From the NCBI RefSeq assembly GCF_009914755.1, contig NC_060926.1: a stretch of 64,000 nucleotides of DNA, one strand, 5' to 3'. Below are positions 43,291 to 58,075 of the stretch, piece by piece. The stretch's first letter is position 1; each line of letters opens with the position of its first letter. A model generated the notes under the pieces. That model made no database searches. It worked only from the letters and a program-made list of their open reading frames with translations, and was not told the DNA's origin. The position numbers and the translations under genes were made by a program. Origin of the DNA: the human T2T-CHM13v2.0 reference genome, Homo sapiens.

Positions 43291-43631
43291 CTCTGAGCTA
43301 CACAGCCCCTTCAGGAGCAAAAGGAACCAGGGCTGAGGGACCAGCTCATGGCCATCTAGGTTTCCTGAAGCTTGGCGTGCTAGGGAGACCTTAGCTCTTC
43401 CTTTCCACACCTCTGGTCAGCTGAACAAGGGAATGTGCAAAGCACTATCAACTAGTAAAGATTTCAAGATTTCTTAATTTGCAACAAGGTGGCCAGGAAA
43501 ATATGAGGGTTGTTTCCTATGTCTGTTTTATTTTCCCTGCTCCAACCCCCAGCTCTTCTAATTTCTCCATGTGGTCACAAACATTTGTCTAATCCAACAT
43601 ATTTAAGGACATCTGTAATACCTAAGTAGAT

Positions 43632-43633
<2 letters not shown>

Positions 43634-43669
<36 letters not shown>
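43634..43669. repeat. (AC)18 microsatellite
   Basis: Perfect dinucleotide run. Confidence 0.97.
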
Positions 43670-43671
<2 letters not shown>

Positions 43672-44159
43672 CAAAAGAGAAATTCAAAGTGTGTTCAATA
43701 GTTTCAAAAGTAGTCATTTACCCTATTTTAATAGAATTGGCTTCAGAATTGAAAAGAAACTTAAAATTCCTTTTGTCCAATAGGTCTCAACTAGAGGCAA
43801 TAGCTCCCTCCAAAAGATTCTCTCGAGGGCTCTGGGTTTTTACAATGGCTGAGGGTGGAGTATCGTGCTACTCATATTTAGGGAGGCCAGGAATAATACA
43901 TATAATGTAACGTGAGGGATAGTCTCTCTCAACAGCAACTTTTTCTGCCTCAATTGCTAATGGTACTCCCTTAATAAACACCAACTGAGGTTCAACACTT
44001 TTATTTTACAGTTGAGAAAATTAGTCATAGAAAGATAAAGAATCTTTCTTAAGGTCTCTTAGCTAGTTAATAGCACAGCCTGAAGCTGAATCTAGTTTTA
44101 TACATGTATAGGAAAGAACTGTGTTGTTGTTTTTGTTGTTGTTTTTTCCTAGAGAAGGC

Positions 44160-45300
<1,141 letters not shown>

Positions 45301-47734
45301 CCGTATATCATACCCATTTGACTAAATCTCATTCTCCTGGGTGAGACCAGGGAATCTATTTTTTAAATTACTCTTCAGAAGATTCTGATGCACAAACTAG
45401 CTTGAAAACCATTGAAACAGAGTGCATCTTTGTTGAAGAAAGTCCCATTCTAATGTTGGGCTATAGGAACAATGTTAGGATCAAGGGCAGTTCTTTGAGA
45501 ACTTCAAGGATGCTGTTGGCTATGTGTCAACAGGAAACAGAGATACATTCCCCTAGAATGAGGGAAGAAAGAAGCACCCAACCCAACTCTTAATCAGTCT
45601 TAACAAGAAAAGCAGCTGCACATCAAATGGAAGGATGAGCAAAAAGGATCAGTTCCAATTCTGGGCATTATTGGCAGGACTACGGGCTTAGTGGGAAAGG
45701 CCATAGTCTCAGTCAAGAGGAATGTGATTCTCCCAGTATTTGTACTAACCTCAAGGCCAGACAGGGTAAAGACGTAGCTTTGGAACCAAATTTGACTCAC
45801 AAATGTGCATTATTTATACTTCTAAGAATTGTATAAACACTTTCTGTAACCAGGTGGAAAAATTCAAAAACTTTTAAGTTCCGTATTTCCAGTTTATCTT
45901 AAAAATTGGAATATCTGGTACACACAGGTCTAAACTCCATTATGGTAACAGTCATCTAGAACTGCATAGCTGTTGCTCCCAACAGCTGAGGCCTGAGCTG
46001 TCCAATGGTACCCTGGCGACTTTCCTTTTTTTATGTTACTTGCTTGGCCCTGGGGTTGCCATTCTGCTGTAGGGAGCTCAAAGAGAATCCTGGGATCCTT
46101 GGATGGTCTGAGAAGAAGACAGGAACTAGGGCTGTACTGGTGGACAACAAGATGGCCATACAGGATGAGATGGCATAGAAGAGTCTGTAATCTGGCATTG
46201 CAACTTCAGGTTGGTTTAATTTGCCTGGAGCACAAGAGTTACAGGCAAACATTCCAATCTTCCTATTCCTGATTTTAAGTTGTCACATCAGTAATAGCAC
46301 TAGTATTAGCTCTAAAGGGTTCAAATTAGCTGTAGGTGGTTGATTAACTGCATCTTTTTGGTGAATATCAGAGTTACCAGTATTTGCCATTGTGTCTTTT
46401 TCTATATCAGTTGTGCACCCATGAAAAGAGCAGTTCTAACAAACCTCATAGTATCTCCCATATGGAAATCTCTCGTTCTGCTGCTGAATTTTCATATTTG
46501 GTCTTTGTTTGTCAAGCCAGTTAAGGAAAGTCACTTCCTCAAGTGACAGCTGTGGATCCAAAAACATCTACCAAAGATAAGCAGTTGTCATGGCAAAAAA
46601 CAACAAACCTAAAGGTGATAGATCATGGGACTCGGTTACTGTACTTGCTGTGTAAATCCGCACTGCCTTCACCCTTTACTTAACTCCACACGCAGCTTTT
46701 CAACACCATGCCCTGGGATGTGTCAAAAGCACTTTGCTTCTCACTTTGCAACTCCTCAAGCAAATAACATTCTGCTGCATCATGTGGACCTCTACTTATT
46801 AAATAATATTTCTTGGCAGCATTTATTTATTAAAATCTGGCTTTTGTTCAAGTATATTCCTGAAAGCTCAGAAAATGCAGAATATTGTCTAGGAGAATCT
46901 GAAATTTTTTCTTTGTTATTTATTTTCTGCCTCATTGAAACAAAAATATTGAGGTAAATCTTAGAAAAAATTTCACTGAAAACATCTTCATGGCAAAAGG
47001 TTGAGTCTTAATACTAGAACTTGAGAAACCTAGATCTTGTGGTCAATCCTTTTGCTGACTGATACAATGACCTTAGTTAAGTTGCTTAATTTTTCTGTGA
47101 TTCCTTTGTTGAAAGTGCAAGCATTCCAAATATAGCTTTAAAATATACTAGTAAACCAAAAGAACTGAAAGTAGTCTTTGGCTCTAGCTTAAATACATCA
47201 TTTAGCTTGGGTCACCAAATTTTAAAGACCTGTCATGATTTGACTTAAGAAAAATTGTTATCCCATTAAGGAATATTTGCCATGCCTACAAGTATTCTTC
47301 AAAACTTGATTTTAGTCAACACACTCATTTCTGGGTGAATCTTAATTTACTTAGCCAAGCTCTGATTGTTGGGATTTAGGGGAGGGAAGGAGGAATGTCT
47401 GCCCTTCACTTCAGGTACAGGAAGAGTTGTTCAAATGGTACCCCTGGGATAACTTGATATGTGTTCCTACATTTGGGGGTGGGGGGCAGGGAGGACTCAA
47501 GTCTGAGCCCACTCAGAAATCTGAGGTCAAGAGAGAGCCTGGCAGCCTGGTCTGGTGGAGGAGCGAAGAAGAGAAGCTATTGTTGAGCAGGGACTGGCTT
47601 GCACCCTTAGGGTTCATCAAGGCAAGGAAGATAGGGATGTTTCCTATAGACCCTGCACAGGCAGTACACAGAAGAGAGAGAATCCATTTGGAGGATTCTC
47701 ACAATTTATCTGTGAGAGTTTTTAAAGATGTCTG

Positions 47735-47881
47735 AAGATTCATCAGCACACTTCCCATCAGGAGGTGGAATCTAATTCTCCTCCCCTTGATTATAAGCTG
47801 GTCTTGTGACTCAGTCCTACCACACGGGGTGAGGAGAAAGTAACGCTGCATGGCTCTCAGGGTTAGGTAATAAAAGCCAAT

Positions 47882-47924
<43 letters not shown>

Positions 47925-48188
47925 CTGAACAGAAAGTCTGGTTACCCTGAGGTAGCTGTTTAGAAAGACAGCGTGGAGGGAACAGACAGAGAGATCTAAG
48001 AAGCCCCAACCCAGGTGCCTTCAAAATGATGGCATCCCTGTTACCATCAGATGATATGAGATCTCAAGGGAGAATATTCTCCTTAAGCCCATCTGAATCA
48101 ACCATCAGATTCATGAGCAAAATAAATGATTGTTATTATCGAAAGCACTGTCTGGGTGTGGTTTGTTACACAGTGATAGATAACGACA
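47735..48188 (+). mobile_element. MLT1F/G/H-like MaLR LTR containing (TC)17
   Basis: 'cacttcccatcaggaggtggaatctaattctcctccccttga' ... 'aaataaatgattgtt...ggtttgttacacagtgatagataac'; (TC)17 at 47887-47920. Confidence 0.65.
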
Positions 48189-48929
48189 TCATGGCACCAT
48201 CCGATAAGACTGCCTGGAGGCATAAGGGGACATTAGCACAGAGGAGCCTGGCTGGTCTGCAGGTTCTCTGGGCTTTGCAGGAGTAAGCACCCAGGCCTCA
48301 AGTCACAGGAACTGCAGATTGAGAGGTTTTCCAAGAACTCTCCCAAGAGAAAGTAAGGCTTTAAGCTTCTTCCAGGCTCAGATGATGTGAACTTGGTCTA
48401 GGATAGTCCAAGGAAGAGACAAAATAGAAAACACTTTCCTTTTCCCTCTACCTTTTCTTATTCCCTTGGCAGTTTCATTAGGCCAGGCCAAAAATGACAG
48501 TTATTTTGCCAACAAAACCTTGTAATAATTTTGAAATGGAGAAACCACTTCTAAGTATGAGGCACCTAAGTGAAGAAGCCACAAAGGGAAAGACTGAAAG
48601 ATTTGACTAAATAAAAATGTAAACTTTTTAAACAACAAAATGTATTATTTTTAAAAAGTTAAAAGATGAGCAACAAACTGGGAAAACTATCCATAGCATA
48701 TAACAAAGGATTAATTGTGCATAATACATAGAATTCCAACAAATTAGCTAGAAAAATATGAACACTGGGTAAAAGGAAAAGTTTATTTATGAAATGAAGA
48801 AAACTGGTCAGGAAATATGTCAAAATATGTTCAAACTCACCAATCATTAAATAATTAAATTTTAATTTTAAGTCAATTTAAATCATTAAAGAAATAAATG
48901 TATAACAAGGAATTATTGTACTTAGCATC

Positions 48930-49389
48930 TGTAACAATTTTCCAGACCGGTTGTAACAGTGTATCACAAACTGGTCTAAACAACAGAAATTTATTCATCT
49001 CTCAGTTTCAGAAGCTAGAAGTCCAAGATCAAGGTGTAGGCTTGGTTGGTTCTTTCTGATAGTCGTGAGGGGGAATCTGTTCTATGCCTCGCCCATAGTT
49101 TCTGGTGATTTGCTGGCAATCTTTGGTGTTCTTTGACTTGTAGGAGCATCACTGCAATCCTTACCTTCATGTTCAATGGCATTCTCCCTGTGTTCCAACT
49201 GTCTCTGTGTCCAAATTTGCCCTTTCTGTAAGGACAACAGTCATATTGGGTTACAGTCTACCCTAAGGATCTCATTTTAACTTGATTACCTCTATGAAGA
49301 CCCTATTTCCAAATAATGTCACATTCTACGGTATGTGGGGTTAGGGATTCAACATATCTTTCTGGGAGAACACAATTCAATCCATAACA
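48930..49389 (-). mobile_element. MLT1B/C-like MaLR solo LTR inside an old L1M fragment
   Basis: TG...CA termini; 'aaacaacagaaatttatt', 'gaagtccaagatcaaggtgt', 'cacaattcaatccataaca'; flanks (48530-49570) look like A-rich L1M sequence. Confidence 0.85.
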
Positions 49390-50829
49390 GGGTCCATTGA
49401 GAAAAGCAATAGTATTGAATATTGGAAACTGTAGAAATAGTACTCTTATACACAGCTGATGGATTATAATTTGATGTAAAGTTTTGGAGAGTCATTTTTG
49501 GTAGTATCTCTCAGAATTATATATTTTAAATGTGCATAGCCTTTTCTCCAGGAATTTCACTTTTAATGAATATAGCAAAATCTAAAATAGGTGAAGTCAA
49601 CATAAAAAAAGAGAATCTTTGAGGGTAGGGTTTTCAGGACTCGGTGTTGGAAAGACTCCCAGGAAAGGTAGTGAAAATGTCAGTCAGTTCAGTTGAGAAT
49701 CTTCTGAAGTTCTGGGGAAACATGCCTCTTCCCCAGTGGGGGTCGAGGAGGAAAGAAAAACCTCTCAGGTCCATGTGATGTCTCCTCACTAAGGGTTGGG
49801 AGTTTCCAGTTAGTTGACAGACAGATTTCATAAGAGAGGGAGGGGAAAATCCTGAAAAGACATAGCTGGCCAGGACCCTGGCAGAATGTTTGGGGCATGA
49901 GATTAGCCAGCAGTGTCAGCCTGATTCCTCCTTGAGCTGTGGGCTGAGCATCTTGGTCTCACACCCAACACCTTCTAGGCTCCCAGCCTTGAGAGAAATG
50001 TCTGGGCAATTCTGATGAGGAGCCGAGAGGACTCAGAGACCAAATGAGTGCCCCAGGGTCTCTATAGGGTTATCCAACCTGTGCATATGACTCTGCTCTG
50101 TCCTTGTCATCACTCCGTGTCTATCTCTGCAGAATTCTCAGTGAGCTCTTAACCTATGGGACCCATACATTGAGAAAGGGCAGGAAGAGGAAGCACCTGT
50201 ATTGCAGGGAGAAAACTCTTAAAGATGTAGTAGTGAAGAACAGCTCCAAAGAGGGAAGGAAAGCAAGAGACAGGAAAAAGCCCCAGGGGAGGGATGGAAG
50301 TATGGTAGGCAGCCTGGATCCTGAGGTATGAGGCCCACTCAGTGTCGCCTGGCTAAAGCTTGGGGGTTTCCAGTTTGTTGACAGATTTTGTAGGAAAATG
50401 GATGTGAAAGTTCACTACTTTTGTGGTTTTAAGTAGAAGGCAGCATGGCAGAGCAGGGAAGGGCTTGATTGCTGGAAGTGAGCTGCTTGGGTTCGCAATC
50501 CTACTTCTGCTTCTGCCTGGTTGAATGACCTCTAAGAGTATGCCTTCTTCACTGTGACTCAATTTCTTCACGTATAAACTGGGGATGATGATTTTGGGGT
50601 GTTACTACTGTTTTTAGCATTGGCAGACATGGTCAAGGGGATTTCCACTTCAAATCTCAAAGCTATTCTTCAATGATGAACCTTACTAGAATAATTTGTT
50701 TAGTGTAAACAAATTAATGCTTTGTGATTAGTCATCTTCTGAATAGCCCTTCTAGGCATGGAAAGGCAAACGACTTCATCTTTCTCTGGATCTTTCCACT
50801 CATGTAACCTTCTGAGCAATACCTGACTT

Positions 50830-51012
50830 AAGCTGCCAGATTTAGCAGATAAAAACATCCAACCAAATTTGAATTTCAGGTAGTCAACCAACATTATTTA
50901 GTATAAGTATGTTCTGTACAACATTTGAGACAGACTTATACTAAACAAACTACTCATGGTTTGATCTTAGATTCATATTTAATTGGACATCCTGTATTTC
51001 ATCTGGCAACCT
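50830..51012. mobile_element. MER53 palindromic MITE
   Basis: Termini gctgccagatttagca ... catctggcaacc; central hairpin tttagtataagt...acttatactaaa. Confidence 0.88.
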
Positions 51013-53354
51013 GATATCTGACCCCAAACTGCACAAAGCAGGTGAGCCTGGACCTGGGGAGCTAGAATGCAGGTGTAATTCCCCGGTGTACACCTCGCTC
51101 AGGCATAGTCTGCAACTGTGCTTTTGCAGGATCTCTTTTAAAAGCAAGAACAACAACAACAACAAAGAATAAAACATGCGATATTTGCAGCAAAAGACGT
51201 AACAGGAGCTGGTCTCATGTAAATATTACGTTAATTAAAACAGATGGGTCTGGAGCATAAACAAAATAGCTGCAGGGGGCTGGTTTTTGTTCTTGCTGGG
51301 TTTCTTAATATAGTAACTCAGTTTCCATCCTGTTAGCACTCTTTCCTTATCAAACATTGAACTGGGGTATAAGGAAGTTTAAATTACCAGTGATTGGAGA
51401 TCCGTTTTCTAAACACTTGAAACAGATGGCTTATTGCCTGAAAAGCATGTTGAGTTTGGTTATTTCAGGAAAATGTTTTATTGCAGCTCATTTATTAACA
51501 TCAGGTTTGCCATGTGATGAACAATTTCCCTTCAGCTCTGTTCCTTGCATTGAGTTTGGCTACTGAGCAAAGAAAGGTTTCATTTTTAATGCTGTCTGCC
51601 TGCTTCTTGGACATTGCATTGAGCAAAAGCCTAGTTACTCCTGTATAGCTTCTCACAGTTTCAGAAAAAGAGCAATAACCATGCAGAAGATTTTTACAAA
51701 TGAATGTCATTTGAGAGCATACAATGGATGAAGTTGGACTCTCTACCAGCTGTGGCAGCAGTGGACTTAACAAAAAGATAATGTGCTTTTGGCCAGTTTT
51801 TGAGGGGTCTAGGATCCAATTCAGGACCACATACTGCACTTAGTTGTCATGCTTCTTTAGTCTTTTTAAATCTATAACGGTTTCTCAATCTTTCTTTGCC
51901 TTTCATTGACTTTTTAAGAGTGCAGAATCTTCTTAAAATAGGTTCATCTGATGTTTCCTCATAATTAGTAAGGTTATGGTACGCATTTTAGGTGAGATAC
52001 TAATAAGGAGTTAGAACTAAATTTTCTAAAACCATTCCCATGCTGTGCAAGGAAGTGGGCTCAGTGTTCTGTGTGTGAAAACTTTCTAGCAAATCTTGAG
52101 TTGACAATGGTACTTCACACCTCCCATCAATCTTAATTTGAACTGAGTGGCCTAAATTTTTTATAAGATTCACAGAATCACATTTAAGAGTAAAAACGTA
52201 TTGCGTTGTCTATGCATTTCTGGGCTTTCTTCTTGGAATGAGATGAGCTACTTTAGATCTGTGTGAATGGTCTGAGGAAGGTTAAGAGAGGGCAGGAGCT
52301 GTTTCTTGTAAACTGACAGTTCAGGAGAGTGAGTTGGAGATAATCACATAATCCATTTAAACCACCCAAGTTAACAAGCTCTCACCTTCTCCAAATAGGC
52401 CCCTTATTTACAAATAGTCACTTCTATACAAAAGTGGGTTCTCATTCATGTGACTGGAGTCACATGCAGAGATCTCATGGCATGATTTCCCCATACCACA
52501 AAGTTCAGTTCACATCAGGAATACTATTAGAACCTGTAACATATTATAAATGTATAATGTGAGCTTTGAAAATAATTTTTTATCTTACTTTGTAAACAAA
52601 CTACCCCCCAAATAACTTGCAGCTGTGTGTCTGCCTAGTGCAATTCCAGGCTGTATCAGTAGGAAAGAAATCACAGAACAAGGCGGCTGGTCCAGCATAG
52701 CTGTGATCAGGTCAAACCAATTGCAGAGATGGGTTCCAGACCCCACATTGTGACAGACTTTTATAAACGGACTTATTTAAAGAAGAGAATGAATAGGTTG
52801 CTAAAGAATTCAAAATCAAATTACACGAGTGGCTTTTCAGGTCTGTTTAGTCCAGTCCTGGGCTCAGCCCCATCTTGGGCTCTCAGCTCCCTTTCCTCCA
52901 TGGGAGAGCCCTGTCTTACCTTATCAGTGCTCATCCAGGGATGAAGGCTGTGCTTCCCTCCGACACACTTGCCAGATTCAGCCTGCCAGCTGAGACACTG
53001 GAGGCGTCCCCTCAAAAAAAGTGATGCAGGATGATTTTCTGATGGAAGAGATTTTATTCTACCTGGGGCTGTCCCTATGCCCTTCAAATTCCACATTCTG
53101 CCATAAGAATGAATTTCCTTCGTGAAAAAGCAGCAAGGTCTGTCTGTTGGCCAGGACTGTTACCTCTAAACTGCCTCCTTTGGTATTCAAAGAAGAAATA
53201 TTTCCCAGCTACTGACAAAAGGGAGCCAATTGTATTTTCTGTGAATGCCTGTGGCATTAATGGGAATTACACAAAGTCATATAAAGTGGGAGAACCATGG
53301 AGCTACAAAATCCCACTCCCTACTGAGGTCAGTTACAAGCCAAAAACAACTTAT

Positions 53355-56300
53355 GGTTTCTTCAGACCATTCTTTATTAATATAGCAATTAGTTTTATTC
53401 CATCGGGATATGTTATCAAGTAGAAACATGAAAAAGTGGGGAGTGTGCAAAATTAAATACCTTACCTCAAGGAAAAATAAGCTGCAAATAATTATCACCA
53501 AAATAATTTTTTTATTTTACTTAAAAAGACTCTGAAGGTACACATTTGGTTCATGAACACAGGGTAAAATATTTATTTCCATCTTCATTTTAGTCTAGTG
53601 ATAACTATACAAATGTGGACATGGATAATGAACAGGTTTTACCCCAGAACATGACCGTGCATCAGCTGATTCGGTGTGTCTGTGGTGTTCGCTGATTTCC
53701 AATGTCCATGAATGCTCAGTAGGCGGGCGCTGGCACATTGGCCGCCCCACCACTATCAAGCCAGGTGCTCACAAAACCAGTGCCCATGTGTGATAAAAAC
53801 ATGCTGATCACAACAAACAGTTATTCCATGATGGGTTTTTAACTTATGACAAATATTTCACATGCAGAAACACCCCTGTGTACTTCTCTTCCATAGTCAC
53901 ATCTACCTTCCATTTAATGTAGGAAATCAACTGTTCCTGTTTGGGGGCAAGAAAATGCACAGAGTCATACCAGCATTTCCTCTTGCACCATATGTGAGCT
54001 TGCAGAACTGCAAAGGGTTGAGAATGACCCACAGTGACTCTGAAAAGATCTACAACCTTAAAAAGGGCAACATCCCTTCTGTGTTCTAGGCAAGTTAAAA
54101 AGGTTTTGCCAGAACACTGCTAGGCTTCATAATCTGTTGATGAATCAAGTAAGAAGAATACATAAAATTCTCTTATATGAAAATATCTTTTACTTGAAGA
54201 ATATAAATCATAACAAATACTGAAACATTTAGTAACAGTTCTTAAAAAAAAAAGGTTTTTGTCATTAATTCCCCGGACCAAAATTTACACATCAGGAAAG
54301 AATTCGGCACTTTGGGGCTGACTCTTTTGGAAATCACTAAGCTAACATTTTTGACATTTACAAAGTAATTGGTCCAATTACAAATGAATTTGACCAATCA
54401 CATCTCTGAATTTCTGGGTCAGTGACGGCAACAGGTGAATTCAGAGGGGAAGTACCAGATTTGGGGGATGAAAAGATTCATTTAAATAGCATCTCCGTTT
54501 ACTGAGTAGCAATCACATTCTCTCACAGCCTGACAATATTTGCTTCTCATGATAAACTGACAACATCACTTTATGAAACTGCATGACAATGTATTGGTTA
54601 AATATTTCCTGGAACATCTACACTTCAGTTAAAACTGTACTATTTACAAATCAGAAAATATACTACAAAGCATGCTTGTAGGCACAGCATGCCTGCAAGA
54701 CACAAATATACAAAATTATGGCAAGCTATGGCAAGATTCCTTAAACCAATAGAATATTCTGATGCAAAAAGAGAGAGATGGAAATACAGGCCATATATTA
54801 TATGTGAGCCATACTCTGAAGCCCAGAAGACTCTCTATCCAAAAGGGAATCACAGACATAAAAATAAAATATTTGGTATTCTACAATATTTTACAAAAAT
54901 AAATATATCAATCAATAAATAGTGGGAAGCCTAGAAACTCTTACATGAATATTTTGGCTGTGGGCTGCCCAAGTCCCTCTGCTATAATTCTCCTCAAGAG
55001 TTGTTTAGCTATATCAACTTCGGTGATGATAATTCTGCAATAAAAGGGGGAAAAAAACTGGCATGGGACCCAGAAGAAGGTCTATGACCAGAGAAACATT
55101 AGTAAGATTCTACCTTTTTAAGGATCTGACAATATTCTGGCTTCCTGTCAATGCAGGAGTTGAAAGTGACACCGGTGTGCTGCCGGGGTTCCGGTGGGAG
55201 CTGGGAGAACTCCTCTACGGGCTGTGTCTTTTCACTTTCTGACAAAAAGCCAAAAAAATACAACTAGCAACATTTGAATAACAATATGTTGCTCTCTGCA
55301 CTCCCTTTCCACAGGGAAGCAGAAAATCATAGAAATGCAGGTTTACATCTGGATGGGCAGAAAGAAACAACTGGGCTATGCAGCCTGATCGCCAACAGCC
55401 TATATTTTCATATCTCTTTAACAGAAGAGTGACTATAAGTGCTCGAGACAAGATTTCTCCAGAAGCCCGGAGCCAGCAGCGCACACAGTGGAAAGCAGGG
55501 CTGGCACATCCTTAACATTCTAGTATCAGGGTGCTAATGTCAGCGGTGTGCTAATGTCAGTGGGATACTAAATGTCAGCGGTGTGCCAGCACCAGTGCAC
55601 AGCTCCCAAGAGCTGACTTAGGTTTTAGAAGTTTTGCAAGCCAGTTGACATCACCTTGGCAGCTCAAGATAGACCATGTAGGAGCGTTTGCAGCATTGAA
55701 ATCCACAAATCAGGGCTTTTTCTCCCCCTGGATTGCTGGTTGTAAGGGTTTTACCAGCACACCACTGTCATATGTATTAGACATAAAGAAAATTTGCTTA
55801 ATTTTTATCTAACCAGGACTATCCTGGTCAGCTGAGGTTTTACTGTGTATGTATTACAGTGTCCTTTAGAAAGGATAAGAAGTACCTTGGAGTATGTGAG
55901 TATACATTGTGTACCATGGAGTATGAAGGATGCACCACGTTCCACTGAGGGTATTAAGCGTGGTTATTCAAAGCCAGCTATACATCACACACACATACAC
56001 ACATCATGTTATATGGAGGCTGTTCCACAAATAGTGATTCTGAGTTGCATGGCTTTCTCAAAGCATCAATCACTGTATACCCACTGACGGTCAAAACACC
56101 ACTCTTCCATGAGCAATGAATTCCCCAGGATTCACCCAGCAGACAACAGATCTAGCGAGCTGAGGTTCAAATTGGGCCTTCTTCAAAATAGTTTTCCTTG
56201 CCTCTATTGTCTAGTGCAGTTTGAGTTTATAACCTTAAGAGATTTGTAAAAGGGGACTGATTGTTTTCCAGGGTAAAAAAAAGAAAAAAGTGTCAGACTT

Positions 56301-58075
56301 CTTAAGGAAGCATTCCTTAAGATGAGTAGGGGTGAATGGGGGATGACGTACTGGAAACCACATTCCTGGTTCTAACAGGAACCATCCATGTTCCCTGCCT
56401 GGAGATGCTGGAACAGTTTGGAAACTGCTCTGCTCTGCTCTGGTTCCTCCTGCACAAAGCCCAGAATATGCTTGCCAGGTAGAGGGAAATGGTTAGGGGT
56501 TAAGACTGGAGGCTGCCACCTGCCAGGAAAACCCACCGGACCCTTCCTGTGCAGAACACTTCCTCACCACTTTCAGTCCTGGCCAGTTGCAAAATGGGAA
56601 GATGGTAAGATGAGAAGATGGGAAAGTTACTGGGTTTCTACCATGAAACAATCATGATTTCAAAATTCAGGCTTGGCTTTTGAGTCATTTGCTTGTGTGT
56701 CTATTCATAAATTCGTTTATTTAAATCCATTCATTTGGACTCTGGTTTTCTTTTTCTTATACTTACTTATTCTGGTTTTCTTTTCTCTTATATCTAAGTA
56801 TTCTTCATGAACAAAACATTTGATAAAGGATATTATTAAAATAAAATCAAATTAAATATCACGGGAAGATTTAGAAATTAGAACACTAACTCCTTTCACC
56901 CTGAGAGCAAAGGCACTTAGGTGTCCCTTTCCAGTTCACAGCATGCATCATGAAGGCCAGGGAAGAGCAGGGACACAGGGATGGGAGGAAGGTGAGAGGC
57001 ACTAGGGCCAAGAAGAAAGAGGGAAGGAAGAAGATGGAGCAGAGGAAAGCAGGGGTGCTGAGACAAGGGAACAGTGTTAACAGGTGAAGAAAGATATTAA
57101 CATCCTTTCTTCCAACAGACAGACCCCTTCTGATTTTCCTCCTCTTAGTCTTTGATACTTCTATTTTGTCCAAAAGATTTAATTCTTTAAACAGAACCAC
57201 TTTTGGTTTTACAGACACATCTGAGGATAGCCTCTGAGGATAACATCAATATCCTCTTCCCTTTCTCCCTTTCTCCCCTTCAAGTACCCTCCCAACCCCT
57301 CTACTCTCTGCAGCAGCAATGGCCAGTACTCATGGCCTTGCTTTCCTATTGTCTCAGGAACAGATTTCATGCTGGTTTCTTCTGTTTTCCTGCCTTGACC
57401 AGGAGTTGCCCTCTGGAGCACATTGGTCCTCCATGGGTTCATTTTTTCCTGTTGTACCTCTAAGACCTCTTAAGTCCATTTGGTTTCTGTATCAATTAAC
57501 CCTTCCCTTCAAGCATCCTTTGCCAGGCCCCTCCTCTCTGAGCAACTACAGAAACTCAACTGACAAAAGCTACACTTACATTTCCAGAGTATTTAGGAAG
57601 GGTAATACTTCCTAGGATGATTAAAACCCTGATGTCAATTATCTTGACTTAAATCCTACTCAGAGAAGAGGTAACAGAGAACATACCATTGGCCTTTAAT
57701 ATGCATACATTTGAGTGAGTCATGCATGTAGATGAGTATAACCTGCCTGCATAGAACCAAAAGATTTTTGTAAGTTCATGTATGTACAAATATACATACA
57801 CAAGTGTGTGTCTTTTGACACTGTATTTTGCCTAGGGGTTGTTTTCAAATCAACAGGGAGGTGGCATTGCCAGGAAATGGCAAGTCCAAAGAGAAAACAG
57901 ATTGAAAGGGACTTAACTGGAGAGGAAAATATGCATTTCCTACAACAAACTGACCTGTCCATTTCCTGAAGGCAGCAAGCCTCTATTACTGTACACCCTT
58001 ATTAAATAATCTCATTAAATAGGAACACCAAATATACACATTTACAGTTATTAAATAAGCCATAGGACTCTTCTT
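53355..58075 (-). other. BMP10: BMP10 3'UTR (long form, inferred end)
   Basis: ARE-rich segment immediately after the stop; cluster of minus-strand AATAAA (plus-strand TTTATT at 53373, 53394, 53511, 53572); proximal alternatives ATTAAA at 57695 and AATAAA at 56716. Confidence 0.55.
55576..55767. mobile_element. MER63A-like hAT element
   Basis: TIRs CAGCGGTGTGCC ... CCAGCACACCACTG; internal 'gacatcaccttggcagct' and 'acaaatcagggctttt'. Confidence 0.75.
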
